DNA of 64,000 nt from Tubulanus polymorphus. Lineage: Eukaryota > Animalia > Nemertea. How positions within the stretch are numbered: the stretch's first letter is position 1; each line of letters starts with the position of its first letter. This document shows positions 36,001 to 50,433 of the stretch, piece by piece. Location of the stretch: assembly GCF_964204645.1 (NCBI RefSeq), contig NC_134030.1:3824778-3888777 (forward strand), given 5' to 3'. The translations under genes and the position numbers were made by a program. The notes beneath the pieces are model-generated. The model made no database searches. It worked only from the letters and a program-made list of their open reading frames with translations, and was not told the origin of the DNA.

Positions 36001-39000
36001 TAGACTGGATGCAGATGTTAAAAATAACGGCAAATAAAGATGAAAAATTCTTTTAAAAACCGTGATTATCATTTCTCAGAAAAAGTCTTCGTCTATTGAT
36101 GGCAGAGGTGCGTAGACTAGGTTATCGTGAAGAGATTTCCAGATTTTAGCTGGAACTCATTACATGAAAATACACTGCTCATATGAAATGTGTCTCATCC
36201 AAATGTCAAACGTCCTTCAAACGGCGACGAAAGGAAGCAGGAAACTGGAAAACATTTCCACCCGTCAAGAACCGGATGTGATGAACCATCGTTCGAAAAC
36301 AAACGGTTGAAAGAAGTCGTCGTTGTTGTAATATATGGGTTCAACGTGCCCCGCATAGGTTAACGTCTATTTCACTTTATTGGATTAAAAGAGCAATTTA
36401 CGAATTGTGTTGTTAATTAGAAAGCTTTTTCGTTTAGGGGAGGTGTCACGCGAAACTTGTTTGTCATACGATTCGTCTTTCTTATCGGCTCTTTTCACGC
36501 GGCCATTCGTATCAATTTGTTGTCGTGTTGACGAAACGTTCACCAATCCTTGAGATTTCCTACTACGAAGCCGAGTCATTTATTTTGCGGTGGCTAAAGT
36601 TATTGGATTGCGTTGATCGATTTCGGTTTCTCAGTTGCTCGTAGACATGTCTTACAGACCATTGTATTTATCCAGCGAATGTTTTATACAGTTTTAGAGA
36701 ATCAGTGCTTCATTAATTCGGCCTTCCATCTAACTATGCTGATTTATCCGGTAAATACAAGTGTTCAATTGTTTACTGAGCTTTGCCAATGTGACGCCAC
36801 AGCCTTTCAGATGATGTATTAGCCAAAAACACTAATTGTGTGGAAGCCAGAATCGATGCAAGTTCGCCAACGTCCATCATCTAACTACGCGTGCTACCGC
36901 CTACAAAAAAACAACCAACTATCGCAACATTACTCCTCCAACCATATACCCTGAAGGGTAGATCTAAACTGATAGGCTTTCCGGATATATAGATACGTGT
37001 TATAACCCCAAGGGAACTTCATTTCGAATCGTATAATGCGCTTATGTGTAGATATATTTGAAATCGTATTGTTAAATTCGTCGCAGCTGCAATTGCTTAT
37101 CCTTAGAAATATAAGATCGACGGCTTTAAATAGCAATAGTTAGCGTTTTAAATGAAAATAAATGGAAATACGAATGAGAAAATAGCAATACGTAATTTGG
37201 AAAAATAGCCGAGACAAACGCAGACACACTGTGCCCTCATCTCGTGCTCTCCCTCCTCTCTTTTCATCACATCAGGCCAGTGGCGATTCAAAGATTAGAA
37301 CTCTCTTGTCATAGTTCGGATATTCTCTTTGATGGAAACAAGACAAAGATATTTGAGGGTTTATAGCTACTGTTAAGCCGCTAAAAAACTATTCAAAATA
37401 TCTAGGCTTTTCCATCACATGCTGACTGAAATGCCACCGCCACTTTTCGGTGAGATGCTCGTCCTCCATTGTTCACGAAGAAACAATGTAATGCGCAAAA
37501 TGAATTTTCACAATATAGTTAAATATACCGACATAACGACTGTTGACGACGATTTCATCGACGCAACAACAGCACAACAACAGCCTCAAGCGTCTAAATG
37601 AATGGGCGTGTACACAGTCGACGCAATGTGAAATACGGTTTTCCCTGTTCGGTGGCTAAATAATTAATGAAGTCTGTAATTGTCAATTATAGATGTATTG
37701 AAGCAACGGAATTCCGCATACGACGAATTATACCCCGATCAGAGGAGAAACTGTGTGTTATTAGTCGAAGTTTAGCCGGCCAATTAGAGTTCGCTCCACC
37801 GGGGTTTACTGATGATTTTAACCGCTTGTATTGAAGAAATTAGCCTTGCAGATGACCACGATATTGCCATTCGAATTGAAAGGCAATCATTGTATAATGA
37901 AACCCAAAATAGCCGCATGATATGATAATTTGCCAACTTAAAATGAGTCACTTAAGAGGCTTCTTTATTTAGCTAACTAATTACAGGATTTGCTCATCAA
38001 ATTCGAAACGAAGTCCATCATTAGGCAATTACGCGGCCAATTATAAGCCCCGTTCTTACGATGGAAATAGCTAAGTTTGTATACCATTACTAAGAGCGTG
38101 TTCGTCGGGTTTTGTTTGGGGGTAAATTATTGTAGCCGTAAGTGGTGCCATTTGGTGGCAAAAAAAACAATATAGATTATCTGATCTTTCGTGCAAAAAA
38201 ACCACCGGAAAAGAGCCGTGAACGATAAAACTTCATCGCGCACATCCCTTTGAATCAATACGGATGAAGAGGTTTTTCTTCGTCCGGTATCAATGAAGGC
38301 TATCTTGCTATCGCAAGTTTTTGTGCGTCGTAACCGAAAACAATCCACTCGGGTCTTCGATAGCGATACACATACCGCAGGTGATCCAATCTGCGTTCTA
38401 CGTTTTATTAGCTTATCCGACACGTCCGTTGAGTCCTTTTCCCTCGTCGTGCATAAACGGGAGAGATTACGAACCCGTCGTCATCCAAAACAATCCGTAT
38501 CGTATTTCAGTAAACATCGGTCTTTATCGAACGGTGAACATTAATCCCCTCGAGGGATAAGAAAATCAAATGATTCACTTTCGTGTCTTCGCGTTATGTA
38601 AGCGACATCGGCGGATCAACACACGCTAATCCGGTCCCCATCCTATATGTAAAGGTCGTGCAGCCATTTTTTCACGGAATGATGCCATATTGACGGTCAA
38701 TTGACAGGTTCATGTACTGTCAAAATTTGTAGATGATAGCCATTGTTGTAATGCATGGCAAGTCTCCAACAGAATTAGTGCAGCTAAAAAGTCAAGTGCT
38801 TGACAGACAAATACGGTATCGTGACTGAAATGCGTAAGTTTTACAACATTTTACAAGAATGCTTGCGACACCTAGCGACGCGATTCTTTACGACCCCTCT
38901 ACGAAACGTAGCAATGACCCGTTCTACTCTCTGTGACGCGATACGATCGCTTCTCCCAGTCACAGCCAACCAACATGCTCTTGCGGCTGACCAGTTACCA

Positions 39001-42000
39001 AATTGCAAACCAACGCTGACAATCATATTGCAGCTGATATGGACCCAGTTCCACAGATCTGTGTTACGACTCAGAGTTAACAAATTGAAGATGAACTAAT
39101 TTTAACTCCGAGTTAACCTTAACTCACAATTGTGGAACTGGGTCTTGGTCATTTGCAACCGAACCAGTTGCAACCGACCGCATCGTGTCGCAAATCGACG
39201 CCCGCCTTTAAGCAATTCTACTTCGAATTCGGGCATGTTTGTGGCAATACTGAAAATATATACACTCCAAAAATAATTGCAATATCGTTGGTACAGATTT
39301 TAGTAAGTGATAACGATAAATATTTGGTGAAAAGAACTTTTAATGGTTACGTCCTTCTCGGGCGTATGTATATCATAGTGTATACATCTCGGTTGGTTAT
39401 TGGTTTTTACTGCTATCGAAAAATCGGTATGGAATGAATAATTTATCATAAGTCTCTTCCTGCTATTGTTCAAACGGCCACGATTGCGGCTTTTAGGGCT
39501 CTAACCGTTACATTTCCATCGAGTAGTTGAAAGCTGCTAAATGATGTAAAACTCCCGAACTGAACACCAGCCAAAACTGCTTATTGTTTTCTAATTCTTT
39601 TTTCTTTCAGTTTTTTTCGGAAGAGGCTCTTTACGAGTAAATCACGATCATGGAACTGAAGAGTGGATTAGTTACCCGGTGTTGTGACGCGTGGGAATTT
39701 TCATCACTTCATCAACTCATTTGCTGTCAGTAACTGCCTTACTCTCGCCGAATTAAGTTTTCCGTGTCCTTTATTTTTTCCAACGTCATTGCCCCAAGAG
39801 CGCGCGTTTAATAGATTAAATGGTTTCGACAGAAAACCAAACAAACATTCTCTTGACAAGTGCAGACTTACAGCGAAGAATTCCCATTCCTAATTTCCAA
39901 TCGATTTCATTAAATTCCATCGTAGAGTCGAAGAAACGAAAAGATAATTCTAACAGTTCCCGGGAGCAATCTTAACGATATTTAAGTGGGAATAACAAAG
40001 ATTTCCATCACTGAAGTAAAATATATAATGAATCGCTCAGCTGTATTGTGAGGGTATTCAGCAGATACCACCCTAAACAAGGAAGACTCGAGGTTATGCC
40101 GAAGCGTATATGTAATCGAAAACGATTTGATTTATTTTTCATAATTGGTTGGTTTAAACTGTTGTTTCTATGGCAAAGTATCATGTTTTTGCAGCGCTAT
40201 CGACGTAAAAACCGAGCTTGTTATTCGCAAACTATTGATTGCCATACCTGACAATGGGCAGCCGATTTCGTCGGTGTTGATGACTCGTTATTTTCTGATA
40301 ACTATTGTTGACGTAACGGCTCACGAACCGAACGTATACGCGTCATTATGAACCGTAGGTTTTCTTTCCAAGGATTATTAAGTGATTTAGTACATCTGTC
40401 GGTCGTTATTTCTTGACACTTATCTCAAGACGCGTTGGCCGGTACATTACGCTAATTATTGGTGACAAGCACGCTATTCGATTTTGCAAACGAGTTGTTA
40501 GAAAATTTACGAGAGTAACGCGATATACTATGCATTTTGTTCTATTCGTTTTCCTGTGATTTGTAACGTTCGTTTGTACTAATCGTGTGCGCCGGGTTTG
40601 ACTAATAATGTTTCATTTGTATCGAATGAAATGATCGAATCAGCAAAACCGAATTTCTGTAAACAAAAAATAGAATAACGAAGAAGTTAAAACTCCGCTT
40701 TCTGTTTTTAACCATCGCGGCCATCATGTCATTTCCCTGGAATAATGCGTGTGCTGAAGGGCGGAACGTGTTCGAAACAGAAAAAAAAATAATCAAAATG
40801 AAACGTATTCCCAAACAAGCACGATCAAAAAGGTTGAGTATAACTACGATGCCAACAGCAAAACTGTTAGAGCGTGCTCAAATTACAAAATGAACGTCGT
40901 CATTTATATATACTATAAATGTTTTCACATTTGTATTTGCATTTTGTTGACATGTCAATAGATTGATTGTCGTTTATGTAGAAGTATTTTCCTGCCTACA
41001 GTAGAAGGGTTCATTCATTTAAAAAGCTTTCTAAAGACATTCATGGATACTGCTCGACTTAGTAGTACTGGAGCGTATAAGCTACGTGTACATTAGCAAG
41101 TGCCACGAGTCACCGGTCTCTCAAACCTCATTTCGTGTCTCGGGCGAAAATTGCTTGATAAAATTTGCCGGCAATTTATCGTTGATTGCCCGACTCAGCA
41201 ATGTGATCACTGGAAGCTTTAACTTTCCCTATGGCCACACCGACGTTCCATCGACTTCACAAGAGACTGTACATTAACCAAACAGCGATTTTCATTTCAT
41301 TTCGAATAATAGCCATTGATGTAAGTTCACCGGTTACTCACATCGAAGTGCTAATTCTCCTTTATTCTATCATTATCAACTCGGCGTGAATTTGACTGTA
41401 ATAGTCCTACCCAAATAAATTGACTATGGACATCTGCTATCACACGCCTTGTAATAACACTGATTATTCATACAATCGCAAATATTTGAAATTCGAACGA
41501 ACGAGCTGGAAACTGGTAAATTCTACACGGTAGTTGATGAGATAGTTTTAGCACATTCTTCGGCACGTAGAAATTTAAATTCGGAGTGGTATCTGTGTTA
41601 ATGATGTATGGCCGAATTGAGGATGATAGCCATTCTCGGTGCGTCGCTTCTTGCTAAACAGGTGTCTCGAGTGAGATCAAATGACGAGTAAACTGCTCTC
41701 AGTGAAATTGACTGACTAGAAAAAAACCCGACGCTCCATATAATCTAATCATTTTCACGAAGGCAGTTTGTCGCAGTATTCTGAACATGCAGGTCGTTGA
41801 AGTGCTCATTGACAACTTTTTCATTTTACGACGCTTTTTATATTCTAAGTCGGCACATCATTAGACTCAGAACTTTGTATTCAAACATTTAAAGCCTATT
41901 CTTACCGCGTTATCTTGAATATTAAATGAATTTCATATTTTTAAACTAAGACTCATATTTAATCTTGCATTAGTCAAAAGTATTCGTCAAATGGAGAAAA

Positions 42001-44534
42001 TAATGAAGAATTAAGAAGTTACAAAGTTACAAGAATAATAAACGGTATGAGATACGCGATATTGACGCAAATGAAGTAACTGTCTTGCCTCCTGTCCATC
42101 AGTTTGATTGAAGGGCGTTTCCCATACAGAGAATATGACAATATTAATCGCCTTTTGTTCGATCGCTTGTACCTTTTCGCTGCAACTGATTTCAAGACTA
42201 AATTGTATGAAATGTGTGATTTTATTTTTCAGTTTAGTGACGTACTGAGAGATTCTTTGTTAGCGAATTCTGAATATGAATTGATCATTAAATTCGATAT
42301 TTCAAAAGTCAAAGTTCTTGTAATTTCTGTAATGTGATTTTGTGTTCATTAAATCTATCTAGTCCATCCAGACATTGAGGATATTGATAAGAATGCCTCT
42401 GAAATCAAATACTTTTCTTTTTATTAAATTACAAGAATAGTATTGCGCAGCATATTGATGTGAAACATGGAAAAAAAAATCAAAATGTATTCCAGAAATC
42501 GATAGCATTTGCCTCTGGTCATCTGTAACCCAGTATGTGAACAAAAATAGCGACTTATTACATGCTACCCACAGAGCGCTGATTGAAGACTTGTTGAAAA
42601 TAATGATCTATTTCTGTGTAAACTTTGTTTGTGTATCGAGCTGATGGTTTCGTATTCCAATCAGACGCATCTATATCTGGAAAGAGCTGATCAATGCTTT
42701 TATCTCTATTCATCATCGATACATATGATTTAAGCCTATTACTAAATTTCGTAATCTCCTATGGTTTTCGGCAAACAGAAAGCTGCCATAATAAGCAACT
42801 TATTTTGATAGAATTGAAGGTTTAGACAGGTCGTTCGCGATCTATATAATTTGCATATCATTTGCCTGTTGCGGCGGCAGCACTGTACGGCACATCAAAA
42901 AGTTCGAGCTCCCATTCGCAATTCCGACTGTGCCCTGCTTATTTAAAGTACCAAAATAAAAATGACAAATCGATACCATTTCATCTTCGCCGAGTATAGA
43001 TTTTCGTTAATTGGAACAAGTCTCCGTCATTCGGCGCCCTTGATTGATCAGTTTGAGCGATAATATAAAACTCGCAGCAGAATATGTGTGTCATACGAAC
43101 AGACGGAATATTGACGTCGTTCATTCTTTCTGCAAACATCGGCTAAGACGACAACCTATCATTGACGCACGGGTTTTATGTCACTTATGTTCAGCCCTCT
43201 TTCTACGGTGATACTTTCGAATGAAATGTCAAACACTCCGAATAATTTCTTATGAGAGTATACAGAAACGAAGCATTAAATTGTTACGCGTAGCCAATTT
43301 AAACTTTACTGTAAATTGTTCAATAATATTGATAAATTTCATATTCATTGATAACGCATGCTATTTAATGTCGGATTCGATGGTGTGCAAGATGGTGTCA
43401 TTATACATGACGATATTTGTCCAGAGATTCGATCGTGGTTCCGTTAAGCATTAAATATCTCTGCCTTTGCTAATTGATTTATCTAATTAAGTATACAGCG
43501 TGAGGATTTGAGGGGGATTGACCGGGTCGTTAAACGAACAATTTATTCTCACACTTAGTAAGGAGTAATGTGAGGTCGTCAAACTCACGGAATATTTCAG
43601 TCGGTTCCAGCTAAGTGTGTGGATCGAAATCGTTTAGGAATCCCTTTAAAGCGAAGGGGCGTAGGTTGATTCGTGATTGCTTACGATGCGAGCAGATACA
43701 ACAGGTTGTAAATGGGCACAGAGAATCCCGTCGCAATGAATCACCCTGAAATGGCCTTTTACGCCAGGGAGATCTTAGTTCATGAAAATGCTGTACATGT
43801 TTCAGAAAAATGTGAAAAACATCATTACACAAAATCAAATATCTAATGCAATCACGACTGATTTGTTTGTGCGGAAATTCCATTATGTTGCGCCAATGGT
43901 TTATCTATAAATAAATAGCGACACAGCAAGATTTTGCGTAAGAGTTTCTCACAATTAATATATATCGCAAATCAATTCGCCAAACAAAAGCCGCCTCAGC
44001 CCCGTGGTCTTCGTTACACGCAATAAGAATTGATTCCTACATTGGACACGATGATGATGATACATAGTTCTCTAGAAGTGTCCGTGTTACATTAATTCAA
44101 TATTGTGTAAGAGAGAGTTACATATATAAATGCTTTACGGACAAGGCCATCGTCTCTGTGCTACATGTATAAAATCATACTTATTTTCGGAATTTATTCT
44201 ATTTCCAAGCGCAAACAGCTCAACTTAAACATTAACCTAGAGTGTTTTTATGTATCAACTTTAAAAAAAAAAATTTTTATAACAATATTGTCTTTTGTCG
44301 ATAATCAAATTATTTTATGCTGCAAAAAAGCTTCACTTGATAGTGTAAACCAAGAAATTGTATCGAATTTATTGCATTTATTTGAAAGCCTTGAAAAAAT
44401 AAACTTACCCAACTATTTCTTCTTGACGGATAACCATATCTGTATCCGTCTGAATATGAAGGCTCTCCGTTCTTCCAGCCGTGGCAACTGACAATCACTA
44501 TCGTAAGAACTCCGAAACAAAGCAGACCATTCAT
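24032..44534 (-). CDS. Prohormone-3 / ITG-precursor-like secreted cysteine-rich protein (4 core exons, ~170 aa; possible extra 69-nt exon)
   Basis: Exon 44534-44409: MNGLLCFGVLTIVIVSCHG-WKNGEPSYSDGYRYGYPSRRNSW. Exon 29581-29500: CGKQGNRCFQSSQCCMGFYCASLESAE. Exon 25609-25466: GKGLWGACTPTCESDVDCADGEECTLGAVGKASVRMCTDKKQTRKAGL. Exon 24192-24032: GELCEDSSDCDISQGLCCQTVTFHRRRPKRVCDDISGFAKCIKPTKYTKMNRL*. Intron phases are 0, 1 and 1 at GT-AG sites. The last exon matches the prohormone-3 signature CDISRGLCCQ...R..PRKVC. Confidence 0.87.
39042..39144. mobile_element. Short MITE family A copy (best preserved)
   Basis: TIRs GACCCAGTTCCACA ... TGTGGAACTGGGTC, ~103 bp. Confidence 0.75.
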
Positions 44535-44720
44535 TTTTGTTGGTAGTTAATAAAGTGTGACTAGTATGTATAAAAATTCACAAAATTTACAAAAATCGTT
44601 CCGTCGTAATGTTTCAACTGAGGGGCGTTTGCCGTAATAGCTCTGGTTTGTAATCGCGCGCGCCGGAAAGTGATCAGCTGCCGTCAGATGATGGTTCGCC
44701 GTCCGTCGTAAGTTCACGTG
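44535..44720 (-). promoter_or_regulatory. Putative TATA-less core promoter and 5' UTR of the prohormone-3-like gene
   Basis: Inr consensus TCAGTT (minus strand, 44621-44616) about 85 nt upstream of an ACAAAAATG start context. E-boxes CAGCTG and CACGTG lie just upstream. Confidence 0.45.
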
Positions 44721-45904
44721 ATGAAAAGCGACACAACAACTAGATATTGAATGGATGCTGCGCGGTAATATATGAAGCGTAAGTATTGATTGGTTTATCC
44801 GACTCAATCATCACGCGTTGTGGATCGAGCTGACAAGTTTCTGGGGGGTAGCGTCGAATCAGAGAAGTGCCAATTATCTGGTCTCAATAGATGCGTAGGC
44901 GATTGAACTCCCATTCAATACTTCTATATCCACGCTATATCCATGTACATTCCCAATTTTTAGGAACTTTTCGGGGTTTTTTTTCGGTACACGTACATAT
45001 CACGGAGGGATACACTTTCTCGCTTCTAAAAGTCGTTTCAGTCAAACAGAATAGAAATGATCTAAAGAAAGCCTTCGACTATCAAAGCGACTCGAGTTTA
45101 GGTTTCGAACTTCTTATTCCCGATTCTTTTTGATTTTTAATTCTCAGCTTTAATCGATGTTAGGCCTACCTGCTTGAAATGAAATGGAATTCGCAACGTA
45201 AATTGCTTCAGCGTCGAGGCCGTGACAGTAGTGGAAAAATATTCCGCTTCTATCCATAAATATGAGAAATTAGGTTAGGGTAAAAGGCGTATTTCGGAAT
45301 GTTCGTCCGTATTCACGATCAGATTGATTATTGAGATGAAAGCTGGAGCTGAATAGGATGCAAATTGTTAGAAAGCCTACATCCGTGTTCGCAATTATTT
45401 TACTACTAGAGTTATAACTGTGGCCAATAATTGTCTCATATCGCAGGGACAGTGTTATTCATAGTCACGCGAACTGATATCACTCCTCGTGCCCGCTACG
45501 TACGAATTACGCACGTCCGTCAATACTGACGTGGCGCAGACGTTGACTTCAATTCGTATGAAAATACGACACATATCGCTCTCGTAATTAAGCCGCATCG
45601 GGTAAATATTCGAACCAAACACTGTCATATACACATCGTAAATTAGGCTCGTCCGAACTAAGCGAATGTGCAAATAACTCTCAGCCGACCTTGTAAGTGT
45701 CAGAAAGTCTCGTGTTGTTTAAAGAGTTATGCCACCACATTCGTGTGAACTATATGAAGCTGTAAATCGATGAATATGGTTCATTCATTATTTGCAAGTA
45801 ATATATAAATCATATCTGAACAATAATTGTAGGTTCCTCGGCGAACAGAAAGAAGCAGAAGTCGTGTATTATGTATTTTGGCAATGTAATCTGGACGGCC
45901 AGTA

Positions 45905-46142
45905 TGTTTGGGTCGGTGTGGAGTTAGAGTTAACTCTGAGTCAAAATTAAGTAATTTTAATGTTTTATCATTATCATTATTATTTTATAGGTTTTTTTCT
46001 TTACTAAAAAAGTACAATACAAAAATACAGTCATCACTATTATAGAAAAGAAAAGTAACTTCTACGGACAAAGAGGGAGCGGAAATAAATCTTAACTCAG
46101 AACTGTGGAACTGTGGTACTGTGGAACTGTGGAACTGGGATC
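45905..46142. mobile_element. MITE family A copy, interrupted by AT-rich sequence, with a tandemly repeated right end
   Basis: GAGTTAGAGTTAACTCTGAGTCAAA ... AAATCTTAACTCAG(AACTGTGG)x4-like AACTGGGATC. Confidence 0.55.
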
Positions 46143-49100
46143 TTGTAGTGTTATAAATCTTAGCCAACAGAAACCACGAGTCGAAGGAGCAATGCTATTT
46201 CGTTTACGGTGTCGATGCGTCGCAGCTCGTTATAACGTTAAACTAGTCAATGGACTGGAAACATGAAACGACTTGCGGAAGCCTGTAAATTATGTCGTTT
46301 TCCATTTGAACGCTGGCGTTAGCGCTCGTTAACGCCGCCAGTGTTCCTCAGACGCGGTTCCAAAACCCCGAAGTCGTTGTCGTTCATTCCCCGGACACAG
46401 CTTCAATCCCTCTGTCGATCCGTTTCACCGTGAACACGACAGGTATTAATTCACATTCGCAGCTGCAGATTATGTTTGGAAAAGAATGAAATGACATTAT
46501 TTATGCTCGGAATCTTAACTGGGCATTACCTCAGCGTATATTAACGTAGGTTTCAGCCAGTCATTCGACTAGGTTGGTCGTGCAAGGAAAAGGTCTTAGT
46601 GAGATGTTAGAAGCGAATTCATATTCAAAGTGGGGGAAACATTTTTCTCTATCAAAACAATCGTTTCGATACCCGTGTTTCAACCCATCATGATAATAAC
46701 AGAGACAATTTTCGAAAATCGAGACTACTTCAATGCAAAGAATTATCTTTGTAAAACACATTAAAATCTATTTATTTTCCTGTGTTGGATAAAGCGTGTG
46801 ATCAAAGGTTGTAGATTTTATCTTCACGTTCCCCGTTTCTTTAATCTCAGAACTATACAAGCATCGAGGCCTTTCAAACTATCCTCCGAATGCGTCGTTA
46901 TACATAATACTTAGTCCTGCCTTACCAGTAAATGAGTTCTGAGCGATTAGAGCGTTACGCCGGTCTAAATAACGATTTAAGAAAGACAAAAAAATATAAT
47001 CGTGGTTTTCAGCGAAAACACAATCGAATTCCTTTTTATCATTCTCATAGATGGAGATGTGAAAATATTCATTTTATACTCGTCAGTCGTAGTACAAATT
47101 CAAATGGTAAATGACGTTACACGTAAACCTACATCAAGCTGTCCTTATAATTCCGACAACGTTGTTCGCTAGCGCGAAAAATAAGCGAAGAACGACGCCA
47201 ACTTTATTTCCATCGCTGGGGCATGAAATATTGTTCAATTTCGTGTACACAATTTGCAAAGATATAACTCATTAACCTGGCAACGGCCTTTCGTAGATTT
47301 CGGCGTTTTTATATATGAGGAGACACGACGCAGAAGACACAGCTACCCGCACCCGAAGGCTCCTCGAGAAAGATGATTAGCGTTGTATATGATTGCCTGA
47401 AGAGATTGTCGCGCAAAAGCAACCGTAATTGTTTCACAGATATTTACTGCAGATAAAATGCTCTTATCGCAAATTTGAGGCATTCACGGCTGCAAACTGC
47501 TGGAACGGTTCTGTCTCGACTCTGTCCCTATTTCAGTACTAGTAGTAATACAGTCTGTAATTCAGAGAACTTTTGACCTATGTTTTCGTCAAAACAACAT
47601 TGTCAATATCCGCCGCAGTTCGTTAACCCGTATAAAAGTGACTTAACACGACGGAGCACAGTTACAGAGTCTGTCCAAAAGACAACTCTTTGAGAATGAA
47701 AGAGATCTAAGTTCCTTCAACATCGGATTGAACTAGTATCACTAGCATGACTGGCATGACGGCATTTCAAGCTTCAGGGATCGTCAGTTTCTGCTTTCTC
47801 GACGTTTAACCTGCTCCGAACGAACAGAGAAGAACATCACCGCGTTCACTCAGAATAACGCAGAACGATATTCAAACCGCGAGCTTCGGTATAGTTGTTA
47901 TTGCGTTTACCCCTTCAGAGCGTCTTAAGAACGTCTTTTAACGAAAAAAAAGTTATCTTCTGATTCGTCAAATCAACGCTCTCACGTCTTTTCTTCATGA
48001 ATTCATGAATACGTGCGTACAATCAAATATTACCGTCTAACGAACTCAGCGTTTTTACCCTTTACTGAGAATTTAATGAAAAACGCCTCGATCGATGGCT
48101 GTAAATAGCTCGATCAATCAAGCTACTTTCAAAGCGATAATAGATTTTACGAGTATCAATTGGGTTCAAATCCCGAGAGATTTTCGAGCGAATTGGAAAT
48201 TGATTTGAAGTCTCATTCGCAACATTTGAACGGAATTAACAAATAATGTAGTGTACCGCAGACTCCATGCAAAGCGAAGACGGGGTATATAATATGTATT
48301 TCGTGGCTCACCGACGAAGACCCGAATAGATGCTATATATTTTGACGATCATTCTGGTTTCATTTACCGGTATTGGTCCTAAGTGTCGTCAAATTTAAGG
48401 ATTATACACTAATTCAGTAAGTGGCAGAGAATGAAACCAGGTTTAAACGGACGCATTGGAGGGGCGTATTTCGAAATCTGATCGGGTTCAATCGAAACCT
48501 TGTTTGAATTGGTAAAACCAGCAAAGGTTCTCTTATTACCGCGTAGAATTCGAGAGTTGTCGATCTAAACACCTCTTCTACCCCAACCCACGACAGAAAA
48601 CCAGCTACCGGTATTTGCTGCGTCTTTATCTTTATTCCATTTATTCAGTTACAGTTTGGCGTGGGATAGTTTAGCAGCTTATCGGAATTGTATCGTCGTT
48701 TCATCCGGAATAATGACTATTTTACGGTCGTTAGAGAAACACTCCGAGTAGTAGGACGCTATGACCTTTCACAAAGATAATAACAATCCCAATCCGGAAC
48801 TACCGATGAAGCCACGGAGAAAATATGATCAGAATTTGATTCGGACTTTATACGGCGTGTGATTGTACGATGGCCCCGGGGAAATACGGATCAAAAATAG
48901 ACGCTTTGCTGCTCAATTTGTCTGCACAAATCAGCGCTCGCCAGCGACCGGGTTTCTGTTATTGGACGTCGACGTGAAATCAATCAAGGCACTTCATCGA
49001 CAACTTGTTAATGAACTAGGATTGCATTTGTGATTGATACGTGGAAAAGTAGCGATAATGGCCGCGAGAACTGTGTGCACTAAAAACATAAACTCGCCCC

Positions 49101-50433
49101 CTCAGACCAGCAGAAAAAAGGCCATATTCCACAAGAGAATTTCAGCACCACGTTTTACAATTACGCGAATGTCTAAATCCCCGCATTTGCGTTCACACGT
49201 GAAACTCTGGAGCACGGGAAGAGCTGCACACAAAACCGTGACGTCACATCAACAGGCCATACGTCACGTCATGTTAGCGTACTCGTAAAACGCTGTTTCG
49301 AAACTATCTACTGGCTATATTACGAACACGGCTTATATGTAGTAAAAACACTGTATTATATCTGTACTACGATTTCCCCTTTGTCGTTCCCGGCAGGTGT
49401 GGCGGGATTCGTAATGGACACCAATGTATCAAATCAAATCAAATGAAAAATGATAAGATACGAAAAAGAAAAAAACACTCTTCGGTGTGCATTCGAGTCA
49501 TGATTTTACGAATGAAATATGGAGATTTCTCTTTGTGTAACTTCCAATCTCATTCGTTTTGCCTGGAATGAATTTACCAGGCATCAGGTGCGTCAAATTC
49601 CTCGATCGGATGTTATTTATGACGCCCGTTTCCGATCGCGAATTTCGGATTCGCAACTCGAGGAAATCGAAAAGTGAACGGCGTCGTCGAGCGAATCTTG
49701 ATTGACGACATTGAGTCGAATAACTAAATTCTCGTTCGTATCCGACACGTATTTTGTCAGATTTTTACATCCATATGTAATTTATCGAACGCGTTTGGGG
49801 GAATATTTGAATCTCTGCGGAATCACCCAACCGCGCGTGAGACGAGAATATATCAGAAAATGATATTTCTTCCCTTAATAAGAGAAGTTATTCTTCGCGC
49901 GTGAGATGAAATACATTGAGTTCGGAGATGTTTAAGCATTCTCCGATAGCAGATGAGAACTCCATCGACTGTTCTAGATTACTCGCGTGCCACAGTATGA
50001 AAGTCGAAACACCGAGTTAGTTCACAAATTCACTTCTTGATATGCATAGGGGCACCACCCGACAATAGGTAAAGACTACTCGCAGGAATCACAGGGGCCT
50101 GACACAATAGGTATCCTCGAGTGGGAGCCACCACGGGGTTTACTCACTCACAATACGGGGCTGTTGTTTTTTGTCCCTTCAAAGTAGAAATTATACCCTC
50201 CGAAACTTTATCATCTGGAGGGTTCTTAAACATTTCTGTCGGACCAAAATTCGTGTTTCAACATGGGCCAGTTCACACCATCTATTTTCTTAAATTAGAG
50301 ATCAAGTAAATCATTTCACATAACAATTAATATCACGAATTAGGCCTACCCCTCATTACAATCTGAAATATAAAAAAAGAGGCGAACTATCTAGTCCCGT
50401 TAAGAAAAAAAATTGCCAGCCAAATGTATGGTT

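Noticed and set aside
43611-43746. Cys-containing segment GDSLRRDSLCPFTTCCICSH as exon 2 of the prohormone gene
   Set aside because: The acceptor is purine-rich and the Cys spacing does not fit. 29581-29500 has far better splice sites and family pattern.
22100-50000. Conserved microRNA cluster in the long non-coding stretch
   Set aside because: A visual scan for recalled bilaterian mature miRNA sequences found no convincing match. An Rfam/miRBase search would be needed to exclude one.
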